Assembly (NCBI GenBank): GCA_030704615.1
Contig: CM060731.1
Span: 17,794,001-17,858,000, forward strand
Direction: 5' to 3'
DNA length: 64,000 nucleotides
Origin: Takakia lepidozioides
Lineage: Eukaryota > Plantae > Bryophyta
This document shows positions 27,865 through 41,700 of the stretch, piece after piece. The notes under the pieces were generated by a model. It was not told the origin of the DNA. It saw nothing but the letters and a program-made list of their open reading frames with translations, and did not search any database. How positions within the stretch are numbered: position 1 is the stretch's first letter; every line of letters begins with the position of its first letter. The position numbers and the translations under genes are program-made.

Positions 27865-30800
27865 ACGAGTGTATCAAACTTGCCAACCTTTATCTCCAAG
27901 GAACTCAATTTCATCTCACAAATCAATGCAACTGAAACAGAACTTGAGTCATTGGCATGAGAGCTTTCCTTTCTCTTGTGAAGCTGTGTGGGAACAGACA
28001 ACAGACCCTTTTACTCATAATTACACAAATATATTGACTTTGAGAGCCAAGGATTACATCCTCCTGGGTCAAAACTTGCAAAATCTTTGTGGAGTCTAAT
28101 CACTGAGCTTGCACCGATTGCCATTCTTCCTGCTGAAAAACTCTCTTCTTCCCAGTCTGTCTCTGCAGAACTGGGCTCTGACTAAGGCCATTTTGAGATA
28201 ATAGGTCCACAGTTGTAACTGAGTCCCCAACTTGAGAGCGAGGGACATCCTGCTCAGATGATGGAGAGGAAGATAAAGAGAGCGATGGTGTTCCGCCTTC
28301 TCCTTGGTCCTCCCAAGTGCTTCTCCTGCTTGTCTGGTGATACTTTGAAGGCGAAGAACTTGCACCCGGAGTTGAATCACCATTTTGGAAAGGCGCGACC
28401 TCTTGTTCGGAAGATAGACTCAAAGAAAGAGAGAGTGACGATGACTCTGAAGCATGCCGTGACTGCTCCTCGCCATTGTCACTCCTTGGCTGCATGGGAT
28501 ATGAATGCTGTTAATGCTTTCTCAGAACAAACTAAACCACTTGCCAAACTCAATTTGTCAAGAGCTTGCAACACAATATCATTAAAATCCTCACCGTGTC
28601 ACTTACTGGCACTGTCTCTGCAACAATTGGTGAAACCCCTTGCGAGTCTCTGTGAATACCCACAGGCTCTGCTCCATCCCCATTTGCAAGTGACCTCCTT
28701 TGAAAAATTCTCAGTTTTCTTTGAAGAAACCTGAAATAGCAAACATGGGCTTCACTAAGTTGCCATCCAGTCAATTATGACCCATGGGCATTGGAATAAA
28801 AAGGACAATTGAAAGGATGAAGTAAAAAGTCTGGCTTAGGGTGCATTCCTGTCTACACCAAGTCACCCTGAATCCACAGTTTGACATTGAGGGTGACTGC
28901 CAAAAATGGTGGGTGAGGGTTCCCATCTGCGGGTGCACCAGCACAGCAGGTTCCTGCAAGATGATAGTGGGCGAGGTGCTGATGGAAGCCCTCCTCACCC
29001 ATTTTTATCTAGTGGATTCAGGGTGGGTGGGTGTAGAATCCATTACCTCCCCAGCAAACAAAATGCAGCAGGTCTGAAGAGCAAGTGGGCCCGAAGTTTT
29101 ACCAATGTGCTCTACAAGAGGATCAACGCAGTGTTCCTTGAGTTAGAATTGCAACTATGTGGAAACGGAAGGGGAAAATTAAAACCCTCTGTTTTCGGCT
29201 CCAAACAGACTGGAAACTACCACTTCCTAGAGTCCTACCAAACCTGATCTCAGCCTGGAGAACTTTTCGTGCCTTTCTTGATTCCTCTAGCTTCTTTACA
29301 TTTCCCATCATTTCCTGCACAACATCACAGAGCCAACTCAGCAACTTTTACCCTAGGTACAAAGGATCTTCACTCAAAAAAGAGCGTCTGACAGCAGTTT
29401 TGGCAGAGGTCAATGCACCCAGAATTGCTTGTTTAAAAATGATCTAAAACTGGTAGAGTACAGGTGTGGTGGCAAGCTCTTGGGACGAGGTGCGCCACCA
29501 GCATATCCAGCACTAGCATACACAAGAACTAACACAACACCACAGTCAGCTTGAAGCCATACAATTTGCAAATTATCCCATACAGCATCATCCCCCATGC
29601 AGATTCAACCAAAAATCTCCATAAGCTTACCATGTCATCCCCAACAAAGTTGTTGATTACAAACGACTGCCTGAAACAAGTCACACTGACTCCTCTAGAC
29701 CATGCAATCCCAAGCATATTCACAACATTACATACGGGTGGGTGATAAAATAATGATACCAGACCCTTTCCATAATTACACAGCCAATTCAGCGATCAGG
29801 CACAAACAGGAGTAGAGAACATATACTTGTGCAGTTGGTCCCCCGACCAACTGCTTACTTATCAATCTTCTGGAATTGTGCGTTACTCCAATGAATGGGA
29901 AATACTTCAATAGCCGGCTTGAACCAAAAGCTTGACTGATTAGAGGGTAACATATGATAAAAACATTCCAGGATGGTCCTAACCTCTTGAAGTGCTGTGT
30001 ACTCTTGCTCCAATCCTGCCTGATGGGATCCATAGCCAGTATTGTCCTCAGTGTCCATCCCTGAGTCACTAGCCGTTGTGCTGCTCTACTCCCATCATAT
30101 CATACACTGCCAACCCATATAGAGAAAACACATTGAAACCACAGGTTACATATCAGGGATTGAATGGTGAGAATCCCCTAGGTTAAGAACTTAACTGCTT
30201 GGGAAGAATTTAGGAATGACTTCGGATGAAAAATCATACAGCACTTGAACATAAAACATAGGCCTTCTAGCTATTGTATTTTGATCATGTCAAAGGTACG
30301 GGCTTTTTGTTCTCTGCCCCACCCTGCAAAAGTGGGCTGGAAATTAACTTGGCACACATGGAAACTTTGAATATATTGTACAGTCTTCCTTAGCAAACAA
30401 GATAGTCTGTAACACAAGTTATTCTTGACACTAACTATCAGCTGTTAGCTCTTCATTAGGTCTCCAAGAAGGAGCTAGAAATTCTTCTGCTTTCCAGGTC
30501 GGCCAATAATTTACAAAACACTTCACAACCACCAAGGACATAGCAGCAACCCAAGCATCAAGGGCAGTGGCAGTGGGCAGCTTTCATTAGGTGAACTCAA
30601 ATTTGCCAGTAGCTGAGGAATTGTCAGCATAAGAATCAACAAACAGGAGGATCTGAATGACAGATAGAGTGCTGTTTTATCGATTGATTGAACCTTTGTC
30701 CTCATCATCTCGCTGTACTTCAGCTGCCAAGGGAGACAAGTCTACCGACAATTTACAGAACCCCTGTGCAGCCAAGGAAGCAGCAGCACCACATAGGCCA

Positions 30801-31802
30801 GCTTGCTCTAGGTGAACGGTCAACTTGTGAGTAGCTGAGGACTTGTCAGATCAGGAAGCATCAGAAGTAACAAACAAGAGGATCCTCATGACAGCAACAG
30901 TGCTGTTTCATCAGTCGAGCGAACCTTATGTCCTCATCATTGCCTCCTCCCTTTCTCTAAGTCCAAAATTTTCACATGTTTGCTAGAAGTCCAGCAGATG
31001 GTTCACTCCCTAGGAACTCCTGCTGAGACTTTAGGTTTATATGGATTTTTGCTTCAGCAACAGGTTTCACTTTACATAAATTCTTGAGATTGGGCTTGAG
31101 ATTAGACATATATATGCCCAAAGACCTGGGGCTTCAAATGTACCGTTCTAGCTGTAGTATGATATCCTTCCCCCTCAATGTCTCTGGTCAAAAATTCACT
31201 AAGGCTGGGGATTGACAGCAAGACAACTCTGGGGAAGAAAAAACAGTTGGATCTGCATGACACAGCGAACCTATTCGTCCTCATCCTTTATCGGAAACCT
31301 TCCAATAGATTCGGCTGCAAAGACAACCCGTGTGGAAATAGGGCTCTTCTAGTTGTAAGAATTAAAAGAGGTCATCAGAGCTGTTAATGAAACTCACTTG
31401 GCATTGTCCATATACTGGTGGCCTTAACTGGATGATGGAAAAAACACCATACCTTGCCTCCACCCCATGCCAGTGTTTCCAAAAATCGCAGTTTTGTAAG
31501 CCTTCTGACCACATCCACAACCAATTTGGCGGCAAACGGCAGGAGGGGACATGAAACTGGTTGATTCCAATCTAGAAGGTTGCTCCAGGACAGAAGTTCC
31601 TATTGGCTATAAGTACGAAGGCTATTAGGCGCTGCCAACTGTTGCAGACATTTCTAAAGCAGCGCTCAATGACCCAATCTCACACTATGCTACTCCATGT
31701 CAAGAGTGGACGCTGAGGCTCATGCTGAGGTGAAGGCCACAACTTTACAGCGTGCACCGCAACCACATTAACAGCCTTAACAAGCATGCTGCTCATACCA
31801 GT

Positions 31803-31803
<1 letters not shown>

Positions 31804-31835
<32 letters not shown>
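31804..31835. repeat. (CT)n microsatellite
   Basis: About 16 CT units. Confidence 0.95.
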
Positions 31836-31838
<3 letters not shown>

Positions 31839-33499
31839 GCGAGCCATCAGGCAGTCAATGCGGCTGCCCTCCATGCCATGACGAGAAATCCAAACACGCA
31901 AACACCCACGAAGACCGCATATGCCAGCATCACCTCACGCACTCCCCCCCCCCCACCACAAGCTACAAGCAAACATACTCCCACCCGTGCATAACTCCCG
32001 AGCTTTGCAAGGAGCAAACCCAGATAGGAGACTCACCATAGGCTACGGACAACCAAGCCTCGACGAGGTGGGTGGGGTGGCCGCCCCGGACACGACACGG
32101 GCATAACGAGGGAGGCTCCGCCGTGACACGAGAGACACACACAACAACCCCAGGGTTGAGCCTCCCACACACACACACACAACCACAACCACGACCACTA
32201 CAGCAATACTTAGGCAGCGCAGAGATGTCTCGCAGAAGGGTGGAGCCCATTGCACCCCCCCCCCCGCCCCGGCCTTTTCCTGCCTCGCAGAACGGCCATG
32301 GGCCTCTCCGAGCGAGGTGCGCGGTGGCCATGGCCGCCCGCGCGGCCATCGCCATCCGCCCATCTCCCCACTCTTCATCTCTCTGCCACCCCCCCTGCCC
32401 CCCAACCTCCCCCGCACATCCCCTAAAATAACATTTGTGGACGGGAATAGGGGTCCTACCCCTATTCCCTGCATCCCCAGTGAACTTTTTATTTCTATTT
32501 TAGAAAGTAATTTTGATATTTTCGGGAAAAAAACAATCTCCGAAAATTCCGATTTTGTTTTTCCATTTTTTGTTTTGTTTTTATTCCAAGCTAACTAGCA
32601 TAACGGAACGGCGCAGTAACGGAGTGTGGACGGGACAGCGAAGCAGAAGAGAGGGGAAGCCCGAGGGTCGTCCACTTTGTGTGGTTTAATGCGATGCTGC
32701 ATTGCAAGGACGTGGATTGCAGTAAAGGCGATAACAGAGATTCGCTTTCCAGACTAAAGATAGAGAGATGTATGGCTGGTTTGGATTATTAAAGTTTTGA
32801 GTTATAGTTTGTGGTCACCAGGATTGTTAAGACATGGGTGCATTCGGTTGATGCATGTGAAGGGCCTGCTGGGTCGTCTGTGTGATGCAGAGATGTGATA
32901 GTATGGGAGGCAGTAGGTACTCTGTGCAGGTACTAGAAGACTGTAGAAGGCTGAGAGAGCTGCCGTAGAGGGCAGGTACCCAAGTAACACCTTCACTGTA
33001 TGTCTGGTTTGCTTCGCGATTTCGTTTGATGACCGCCAAAGAGAGCAGTGTGGGTGTTTCGTTTACTTGATTCAGAGTAGCGGTCTCGGAGCATAACCAC
33101 CACAATGTCGCACTTAAGAGGGCCAGTTAATGACCCTGTTTTCTCTTTATTTCACCTAGCTGAATGGCAGTTCTTTCATTGGTGTTGTCCAAATTGTTTG
33201 TATCCGTTGATTGGGAATTTCTTAACAGGGACTCTAACACCTTGCAATTGGTATGGGTTTTTACTGGACCTTTGGTTTCCTCTCTCCATCTCTCCGGTAG
33301 GCTGTGTGAGGTAGTTCATGCTCATTTTCCTGGCATTTCACATTGGATTCAGCAATCTCAAGTGGCTTCCATTGGCAGGACTAGGTGATACCAACATTGT
33401 GCCCCATGGTTTTTGTACTTTTTCATAGCTACCCTCTTTTCTTTCCTTCTCATTCTGGTAAATTTGACTCTGTGGGGTCGCAACATGGGAATATTACAT

Positions 33500-33745
33500 G
33501 CCTTTGTTTGAACAGTAAACAGGGAAGGCAAGGTTTGGTGGGGATGAACAATCCAGCCCTCCTTGCCAAGTATGCTCCAATCCTCTCCCCTCAAGCCCTC
33601 AAGATAGTCAAAGTCCGGTAAGCCTTTGTTTGAACAGTAAACAGGGAAGGCAAGGTTTGGTGGGGACGAACAATCCAGCCCTCCTTGCCAAGTATGCTCC
33701 AATCCTCTCCCCTCAAGCCCTCAAGATAGTCAAAGTCCGGTAAGC
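33500..33745. repeat. 122-bp near-perfect tandem duplication
   Basis: gcctttgtttgaacag...aaagtccggtaa at 33500 and 33622, one mismatch seen. Confidence 0.95.
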
Positions 33746-35756
33746 AGGATGAAACCATTTGCTCCATTATTGGACCTGCTTGGGTGTGGACCCATTGGGC
33801 ATAGGTAACAGCAAGCTGATTCTTGTGCAAGCTTACACATTCACAATGCAATTCAGCAATTCATCAGATAGCTACGTCCTTCGATGGCAGGTGAAGCGCC
33901 TCACCTATTCCTTAGAGTGAGTAGCCCAGAAAAGAAAAAGAGAGTTAAAAGAGCCACTTCAGTCATTCTAAATTCTTTGTGGGGGGTGTGCTTGTGCAGC
34001 ACTATCATGTGTTTCTGTGAGGATGGCTGTATATGGAGGTGGGATGCAGGGCCCCATCCATCTTCCACCAAAATCAGGTCCTCAGAAATGACGATCAGTT
34101 ACTGCCACAAATATGCCACAGCCGACAAATCTGCTGGAAAAAATCCTACAGTTCATCAGAGACACCAATTCTTACTGGTGATGTCAAAAGACATGTGACC
34201 CTTCTAGATTGTATAGAGAGAGGGCAAATTCAAACTTCCACTCCATGCCAGTGTGTAACAAGTTTCTTTACATAAACTTCATTTTCTGAAGAATCTTCAA
34301 AGTCCGCTAAGATTGCCGCTCAAGCAACAGTAACACTTGGCAACGATTAACTCACTTTTTCCAGATGTTGAAATTCTGCAGGAACTCCAGCTCTTCTCTG
34401 AGATGGAATACTAAGAAATATAGAAGATTTTAATCCGTACAGTGTCCTGTTACATATTCTTGGAACATCATATTGTGCTTGAGCCTGAAATTTGGAATAG
34501 ATAGGTCGTTCTAAATACCTGGAAACTATTCTTCAATAAAGGCGACAATCATATCCCTCCAAGTGAACGATGGCGTCTCTCTGCTCCTGCAAACAGTGCT
34601 CTCCCTCCTCCCTTCTCCTGCTTACCCTTCAAACCGCCATCTGAGCAGAGTTTGCTTTCCCATGGTCGCATGTGTGAAAACACGTTGGAGCTGTGATCCA
34701 AACATCAATACCAGGACTGACATTCGTAGCTCTCAAAGCCATGCACACATAGTTCTCTCCTGTGTTGCTCATCTCTTCCCACATTTTCCAGGGAATCTCT
34801 GTTCCTCCCTTGTCACTCTCGATATCCACATCAAATATCCATAATCAGATCAGAGACTCATGGATGCTCCTCTCTGCCATATTCCTTCCTTTGACAACCG
34901 TGTAAAGTTGAAGAGCTGAAGTGGAACAACATGACGCAGAAATTACCCTGAAAAGCTGCCTGTTACAGATCGGATTTCTATAGCGAGCTCCTGTCTTCAG
35001 AGATCTTGCAGGCCTGCTGCAAAACTGCGTTGGGATCTCTCCTCCCTTTGATATGCCAAATCGAATAAGAGAGAGAAGACCCTTTGCATCTTCTCAACGA
35101 GATCTCTTTGCAGAAGAGATCCGAAAAAAGGGAGAGTTGTGCAGTGGGGCTAGACCGGAGGGGTGATCGCCGGCGAACACTCAGGCTCGTAATCCCTCCA
35201 CTACCCGGAGCGAGAGGTGAACGCTGCTCGGTTGCCCGCCTCACGCGGTGTCCTCTGCTCTAACGCCACGGCCACCCCGCCCTCCGACGGGGAACCCGGT
35301 ACGACTCCGGGTTTGGAGCAGGCGCGCCCTCGACATGCCGCCGGCGGCCCTTTCCGGCCGCACCATATCCAACTCTCCTGGCCCCGCTCGGGTTACAGGT
35401 GGCCACTACACCACCCGCCTGCACACATCGGTGCTGTTTCCATATATATATGGGACTTGAAAAACTGTGCAAACAATATGGGATAAATATTTCCATGGTC
35501 GGGTTTCTCAAGCACGCTCCTTGCACCCTATTGGTGCAAAGAAAGCGTAGTGAGCTCTCCAAACCGCTCTCTCTCGTCCTCTCCCTCCGTTCTCTCTGTG
35601 TCTCTCAGTTGGCATTTGAATGTCTGAGACTGCCAGGCTTGGGGTGTAGGAGGTAGTTTGAAACGCTCTTGAAGTGTTTGAATTGTAATCTTCCATGGTC
35701 TCCCGACAGATGGCTTGAGGACGTAGCGAGGGTGGAAGGCGGTAGGGGGGAGAGAG

Positions 35757-38700
35757 ATGGAGCCAGAAAAGATACGGAAGACTCGGCCGGGCCGGAAGCG
35801 ATTGTTCATTACCACATCGGTTGTACTACCCTTTCTGCTCGGTGGGTGATTTGTTGTACCTCCGTGCGAGACTGATTGTGTGTATCCTTAGCCTGATGCG
35901 TCGTGGGGGATGATTGAAGGTGCTCTTGAGAGACGAAAGAAATGATCAATTCTTGCTACATTATGTCTGGGACCAGATGGAGTATGACCAATCATTCTGC
36001 TCTTGTCTGCTGCTTCTTGTAAACTGGGATCACATCTCCTCTCTCTTGTCCAGTACGCTGAATCCGGGCAACACTTGTGGACAATTGAATGTGCTCTGAC
36101 ACGTGAACGGACCTCATCCTCTTCTCAACTGGGGTCACTCCCAATTGGGTTTGTTTTCTGGAGCAATAGTCTCTCTTCCTGACAATGTTGCCACCTACTT
36201 TCATGTTACGATGCAACCAGCATCCTTGTTTCTTTGAGCTTCGCATCGGAATGCTCTGCTCTCCAGCGCCATGTTGTCATTGAAATGCTGCAGGTAGTTT
36301 GGACAATCCCTCCATTTTTAAGATTCTCGACCCCTTGTACAAGCTTCTAGTGTTGTACATTGTAAAAGAACCATGAACTGGTAAAGTTTTTCTCAAGACA
36401 AATTCTGCTGCTAGTGTCCTTGGGTACTTTTTCAACTCACTTTCAATCTAGGGTTCCAGGGATTTTGACGTGATCATGCCAAAATCTGTCTGGTTGTAGC
36501 GAGGGGGCCTGCTCAAAAGTATTCCTGGGAGGATTGGTCTCAAGGTTTTGATACCCTGTTCAGGGTTTAGCGGAGGCTTGGTCAGATGGGCATTTTACCT
36601 CATCTCGAATCTGTTAATGGATTGGGTGCTCAATCACCCAATGATCATGCCTTAGTCTCGGTTGGCCAACACGCTAGCCTCCCACTGCGAAACTGTACTC
36701 CTGAAAGTACTACGTATGTGTTGTAATCCTACTTGGGTGTTCGCACCACCTCACTCTCCCTTCCTCTATTTTTGAAGCAGCTGGGAAAATGGAACCCATA
36801 TGTCTGAACAAGGGCCTTATGGTTGGGACAGCAGACCTGTGGTGAGGTATGTATAGGTAGGCCTCAGAACAAGACGTGTGGCCTCCTTCATCCTGAATCA
36901 TGGGATTAACATTAAGATGAAATTGCACCATGACTACGTGTTTTCTGGAAAAATCTGGAAGTCACGTTAAAAGATAAGTCATGCTACCTTCCACAGTGGT
37001 GGTAACCTCCATTTTACCCAGCCTCCCCTTTTTCCTGCTCCATACAACCCTGGTGCATCGTTTATGACCACAAGGCCAGAGTTCAAGGGTTAGTTTAGTG
37101 CAGTACCTAGAATTGGTATGTTAGAAAGCACCACCACCACGAAGCTCTCCGCCGGACCAACGTAGCTTTCCCCGTACCTGCATTAAAGTGGCAGACTCAT
37201 TGTCATTTTGTATACCATTCTTGTGCTGCAGATTGTACTTGCAGTGGACTTGATGAGACAGATCAATGTGGATGGCTCAACTAATCAGTCCTCTGCTTGC
37301 ATCGCACAGGAATACCAGTGTGGTGGAAGCTAACAGAAGTTTACCGGGCACCACTCCCATTTGCAGCCATTGCAGCACATGCCAAAGCTACCTCTTCAGC
37401 TCTTACCCTCCCTCGCCACTTTCATGTCATATTTGCTCTTGGCCCATTGCATGATGCACAATCGACAAGCAAGGAGCACCTCCAACAGGTGGCTCAACAC
37501 ATCCGGCAGCAAATGCAACACGTCATTCGTAGAACTCAGTCAAACATAACAGAAGGGTGTACCTCGGACTTCCAGCTGCGAGTCACTGTGGATGCTTCCA
37601 ACGTTTGCCTGGGAGTTGGGGACCAGAGCAAGGACCAGGTGTGGCCATGTGGACTCTTGAGTGCTGGCCTTCAAGAGGCGATGTGGGGATCTGATGATGG
37701 CCTGCTGGATGAATTCTTCTGGAGCTACTCAAAGAACTCCACCAGTGGTGGCGGCTACACAGTGGTTCTTCTGGATGGGTTTCCTGCCACCAGGGATAAT
37801 GATATAAGGGTACCATTGGAGGCAGAGGAGGGGCAATCTACCATAGGTAGCAAAGAGCAGACACAGAGACACAATCCTGCAGAAAAAAGGTCTCAGAGGA
37901 TTGTTGTGGGGAAGCACAGGCATGCCTGGCTGACTGGCTACAACCTGATTGTGTCCGTTCTTGAGGAGGAGGAGGTTGCTTCTGCAATTGCCGAAGTTGC
38001 AATCACATACTTCACCAATGGTGGGCCCATGGATAGGGGTGGTGCTGACAGCATGCCGCTTGCAGCTGATGGGGAGGCCATCCTATCCTTCTCGCTACTG
38101 ATTGCAGATCCGAGTGATTGGATCTTTGATTGGTACTCCATTCCCCGGTGGTGCATGTTGACTAGATGGAAAATTTCTTTCCCGTGGAATTGCCTTGGAA
38201 GCGGTACTGAAGTCCAGGGCGTCGGATTGAAACGCAGATTTGGGAGATGAAATTTGTGGTTCCAGTAGAAGGGAGTAGATCAAGTTTGTCAAACTAATGC
38301 TTGGAGTGGGCTGCATTGATGAATACAAGGGCGTTTGAGGAGGTGGAGCAACACTATTTACAACCGCTCGTGGAGGCACTCGCACCTGTTGCACACCTCT
38401 CCATTGAGAGCCAGGTTGGGATCTTTCATTTCACCATTTTGGGGTGTTTACTTTTGATACTAATCTTTGGTCACCTCTCAAATGGGAGATCAGAGTGTAC
38501 GAGGCTTTCACATTGCTACATGATCACTTGACCTTGTCTACAGCATACATGGGCAACATTTCTTGTATGCCAATTTAAAAGTTTGATGAGTCTATGGTCC
38601 ACACATCTGAAATTGGTCGTGAGTTTGAAAACATTCCCAATTGTCGTAACGAGTAGGTCTGGTTTACGGATGTTCCAGCTTGTCCAGTACAAATAAATCA

Positions 38701-41700
38701 CCTGGGGATGGCTAAGTTTTTATCTGGTAATTTGAGCTTACCTGTAAGTGTCATGAGAAGGGCTAAAATCATCAGTCGTGAGAGGCATTTGGTTAGGTGC
38801 TGTACTACACGCCAAAGGCAGTTCAATCACCGTGGGATACTGTCCTGCAAGCGCATGTGGTGCCCTTCAAGCAGTTACCCTTCTTTGTGAGTACCTCTAA
38901 ACCTGTTCTCTAGTTGTCATAAGTAAGTAACTGTTTCTTGCTTCCACTTGTCTAACTTAGCACCGGCTGGCTGTAGTCCTGCATGTATCTTCCTGGAGGC
39001 TGAAACCTAAAGGCATGGTCACACAGACTGGTGGTTGGAAAGGGTGAGATTGGTGTTTTATCCCAATGTCTGCTTGCAGCTTCCAACAGATACCCACAAT
39101 TTTGGGCACTGGTGACACAGCAGGTGGCCTGGTGGCCTTGAGTTCAAGTCCACCCAGGCTACAGTGTCCTTACTGATTTTGGTGCCAGGGAGTCAAATCC
39201 CCAGAGGAAGTATCAGGTGACAAGATTGTGACTGTTAAGTGGTCATAAGACAGTTCCCGATGTCTAGCAGGAGCCCTGACAGTTTTCTTCAGTATGTTTA
39301 GACTATAGTTGTGGTTCAGGGTTTTCTTATTGTACTTTGCAGGTGAATGCAAACGAGTGGCATCTTGACTCATCAAGTGCAGCAGCTGGTCGCTCAAAGC
39401 TCCTGCATTTTGCCATGTAATCCATGAAAACCCCCAAAGAAGGACGGTTGTCATTGTTGTCCTTTCTCTTATGATGCTTTAGTTATGCACACACGTGTAT
39501 GGCGCGACCTTTCTTCGTTTTCTTGTCTCTGTCAGTGTGTTTAGTGTTGATGTCACTCCTCAAACTTTTCGCTCTTTCTCTCCGGCCATTGCCGTGTTTT
39601 TCCCTATTTCTAAGGCTGAATCTAGTAAAGCGGGATAACTGCACATTGTGAAGCTCTGGATAATGTACTGAAGCTTCTTCTTAGCCCTTCATGAATTTAA
39701 GTGGGACTGAGGGAGAATACAAGGCCCCTCTCACTTTGGCTTTAACACGACTTCTTCTTTTTCTTTTCTCAGCTCCATCCAAACTAGGTGCAGGGTCTCT
39801 GGTGACAAGACTTCAGCAAGCATAGTTTAATTAGTACATATTCCATCACATGGCTCAACAGCTATTGATGAAGTGACACATGGGTGGTCTTTTGGTGTGG
39901 GGTCGTGCAGATATGTGCCAGCTGCCAAAGAGTGCCCACTGCATTTGCAGTTGTCAAGTGGCCGCATTTCTCAAACGAATGGTTTCATTTCCCCTGTAAG
40001 AGAATGACTCTGCTTGTTTACTACGATTCTCCCTGCCAGGATTTCAAATATCTGGTTTAGTTGTTATTCTGTGCATTTATGCTGCATAGATCGAAAGAGG
40101 TATGAAAATGATAACAAAAATTCTTGTTTTGCCTTCAGTGGTGGGGAAAGACATCACCCACAGCTTTGTTTATTGTGATGCTGTGGGTGTGGCAGGGGTG
40201 GGGTGGCATTATTGTGTGGAACCCTCCGGGCTGTCGTGTGCACTCTACAGATGGCCATTCCCTAGTTCAGCGACTTTCCACTCAGGTCTGCTTTGAAGAC
40301 TGCAAACGGAATCGATGTCCTCCGTATGGCTCGCTGTATAAGCTTGTATTGGACCCTGATCTCAAGGGCAGGGTCTACTTGTTACTATTTCAGCTGACGA
40401 TAGAGAAGGAACCAAAAATTGACCTGAAAGGCGACGAAGTGATTTTGGACCACAAGCTATTGGGCTTCATAAAATTTTCCCTCCACAGTCCATTTTTAAG
40501 AAATCAACGGCTGAAATTCACCCAGGCCCATCCTGTGACAGTGTTAGTTGTTTACCTTGCGAGCATTGGATCTTGTCATGATTTGAGCCATTAACAAAAA
40601 TGGTTGGGGGCCAGGAGTTGGAGCCCTTGATAGGAGTGGTAGTGGCCCAGCTACGCACCCTTTTTGGTCTGCCCCCAACGTATATGGAAGACAGCATGAC
40701 AGGCATATATGGGGTGCCAGCCAATGCCACAGGGTTTGCTGATTGGTATGGTTTTGGCCCTCTCAACGAGTGATATCCGGGTTGAGTAGCCTCTTGTTGG
40801 CTTTCTATGTAGCGTGGCTCTCTCAGTCTCCACCTTCTCTGTGTTTGAGTCTCTCGCTATACATTACAATTCAGATCAAGTTTATGGTGGCAGTGTGGTT
40901 GTAGGGGAGTTGTGGTGGGGTAGAGGAGATGGACTGAGCATGGGCATGGCGGTTGCTTGAACAGGGAAGTCGATGTCCTGCTGCGTAGACGGGCAGCTAT
41001 GGACTTGCATGCATCGGCCTCCACATTAGCATCTCTTTCCCGGCTAGTAATGTCACGCTGCTCTGCTTTTGCCTTTACAGAGTGTGCATGTACCTCAGGC
41101 TGTGACCCTTTTTTTGGGTGTGTGCATTCTAGAGAAATGCTTTCCTTGGCATGCACAGAAAGAGAGCAGACCTTCAGTCCATAAAGAACAAGTTTGCTTT
41201 CTATGTTTTGGACAAGGCAGAGTCCTGTGGTTGGGGAACATATAGGAAAAAATGGTGTGTGGGTTGGCGTGATGATTGCAGGTTCGCTCTCTGCCCAACA
41301 TGGTGATTTTGGACGAGATTGGTGATCAGGTGATCAACCTCAACTCCAGATATGTGAAAATGCTTGCACATTAAAGCTGATGTGGTGAACATATGCACAA
41401 TTACAGCTTGTAAAATATGATATGTTCTACCCAACATCGTGCTCACTACGTGCCAGGATTGTGGAAATAGTCAGATGGTTTGTCATCAAATTGTTATTTT
41501 GGATTGAAGACTGTAAATGGCTCCTAACAAAGGGTGAAAATGCATGTTCCTTCTACATGACCACTAGCTTGTAAGACGTGCTTACACATTTACTACCTGT
41601 GTACATTTGTTTTCTGTCCATCATTGTGCTCAACAACAGACCAACCCATACCAGGGTCGTGGGACTAATCAGATGGTTCTTCATTAAATTGTTGTGGATT

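Noticed and set aside
31752-32598. Overlapping ORFs of 80-143 aa
   Set aside because: Products of GC-rich, low-complexity sequence and microsatellites.
32800-35250. Possible minus-strand gene divergent from PIG-S
   Set aside because: Only short, stop-interrupted frames with no recognisable domain.
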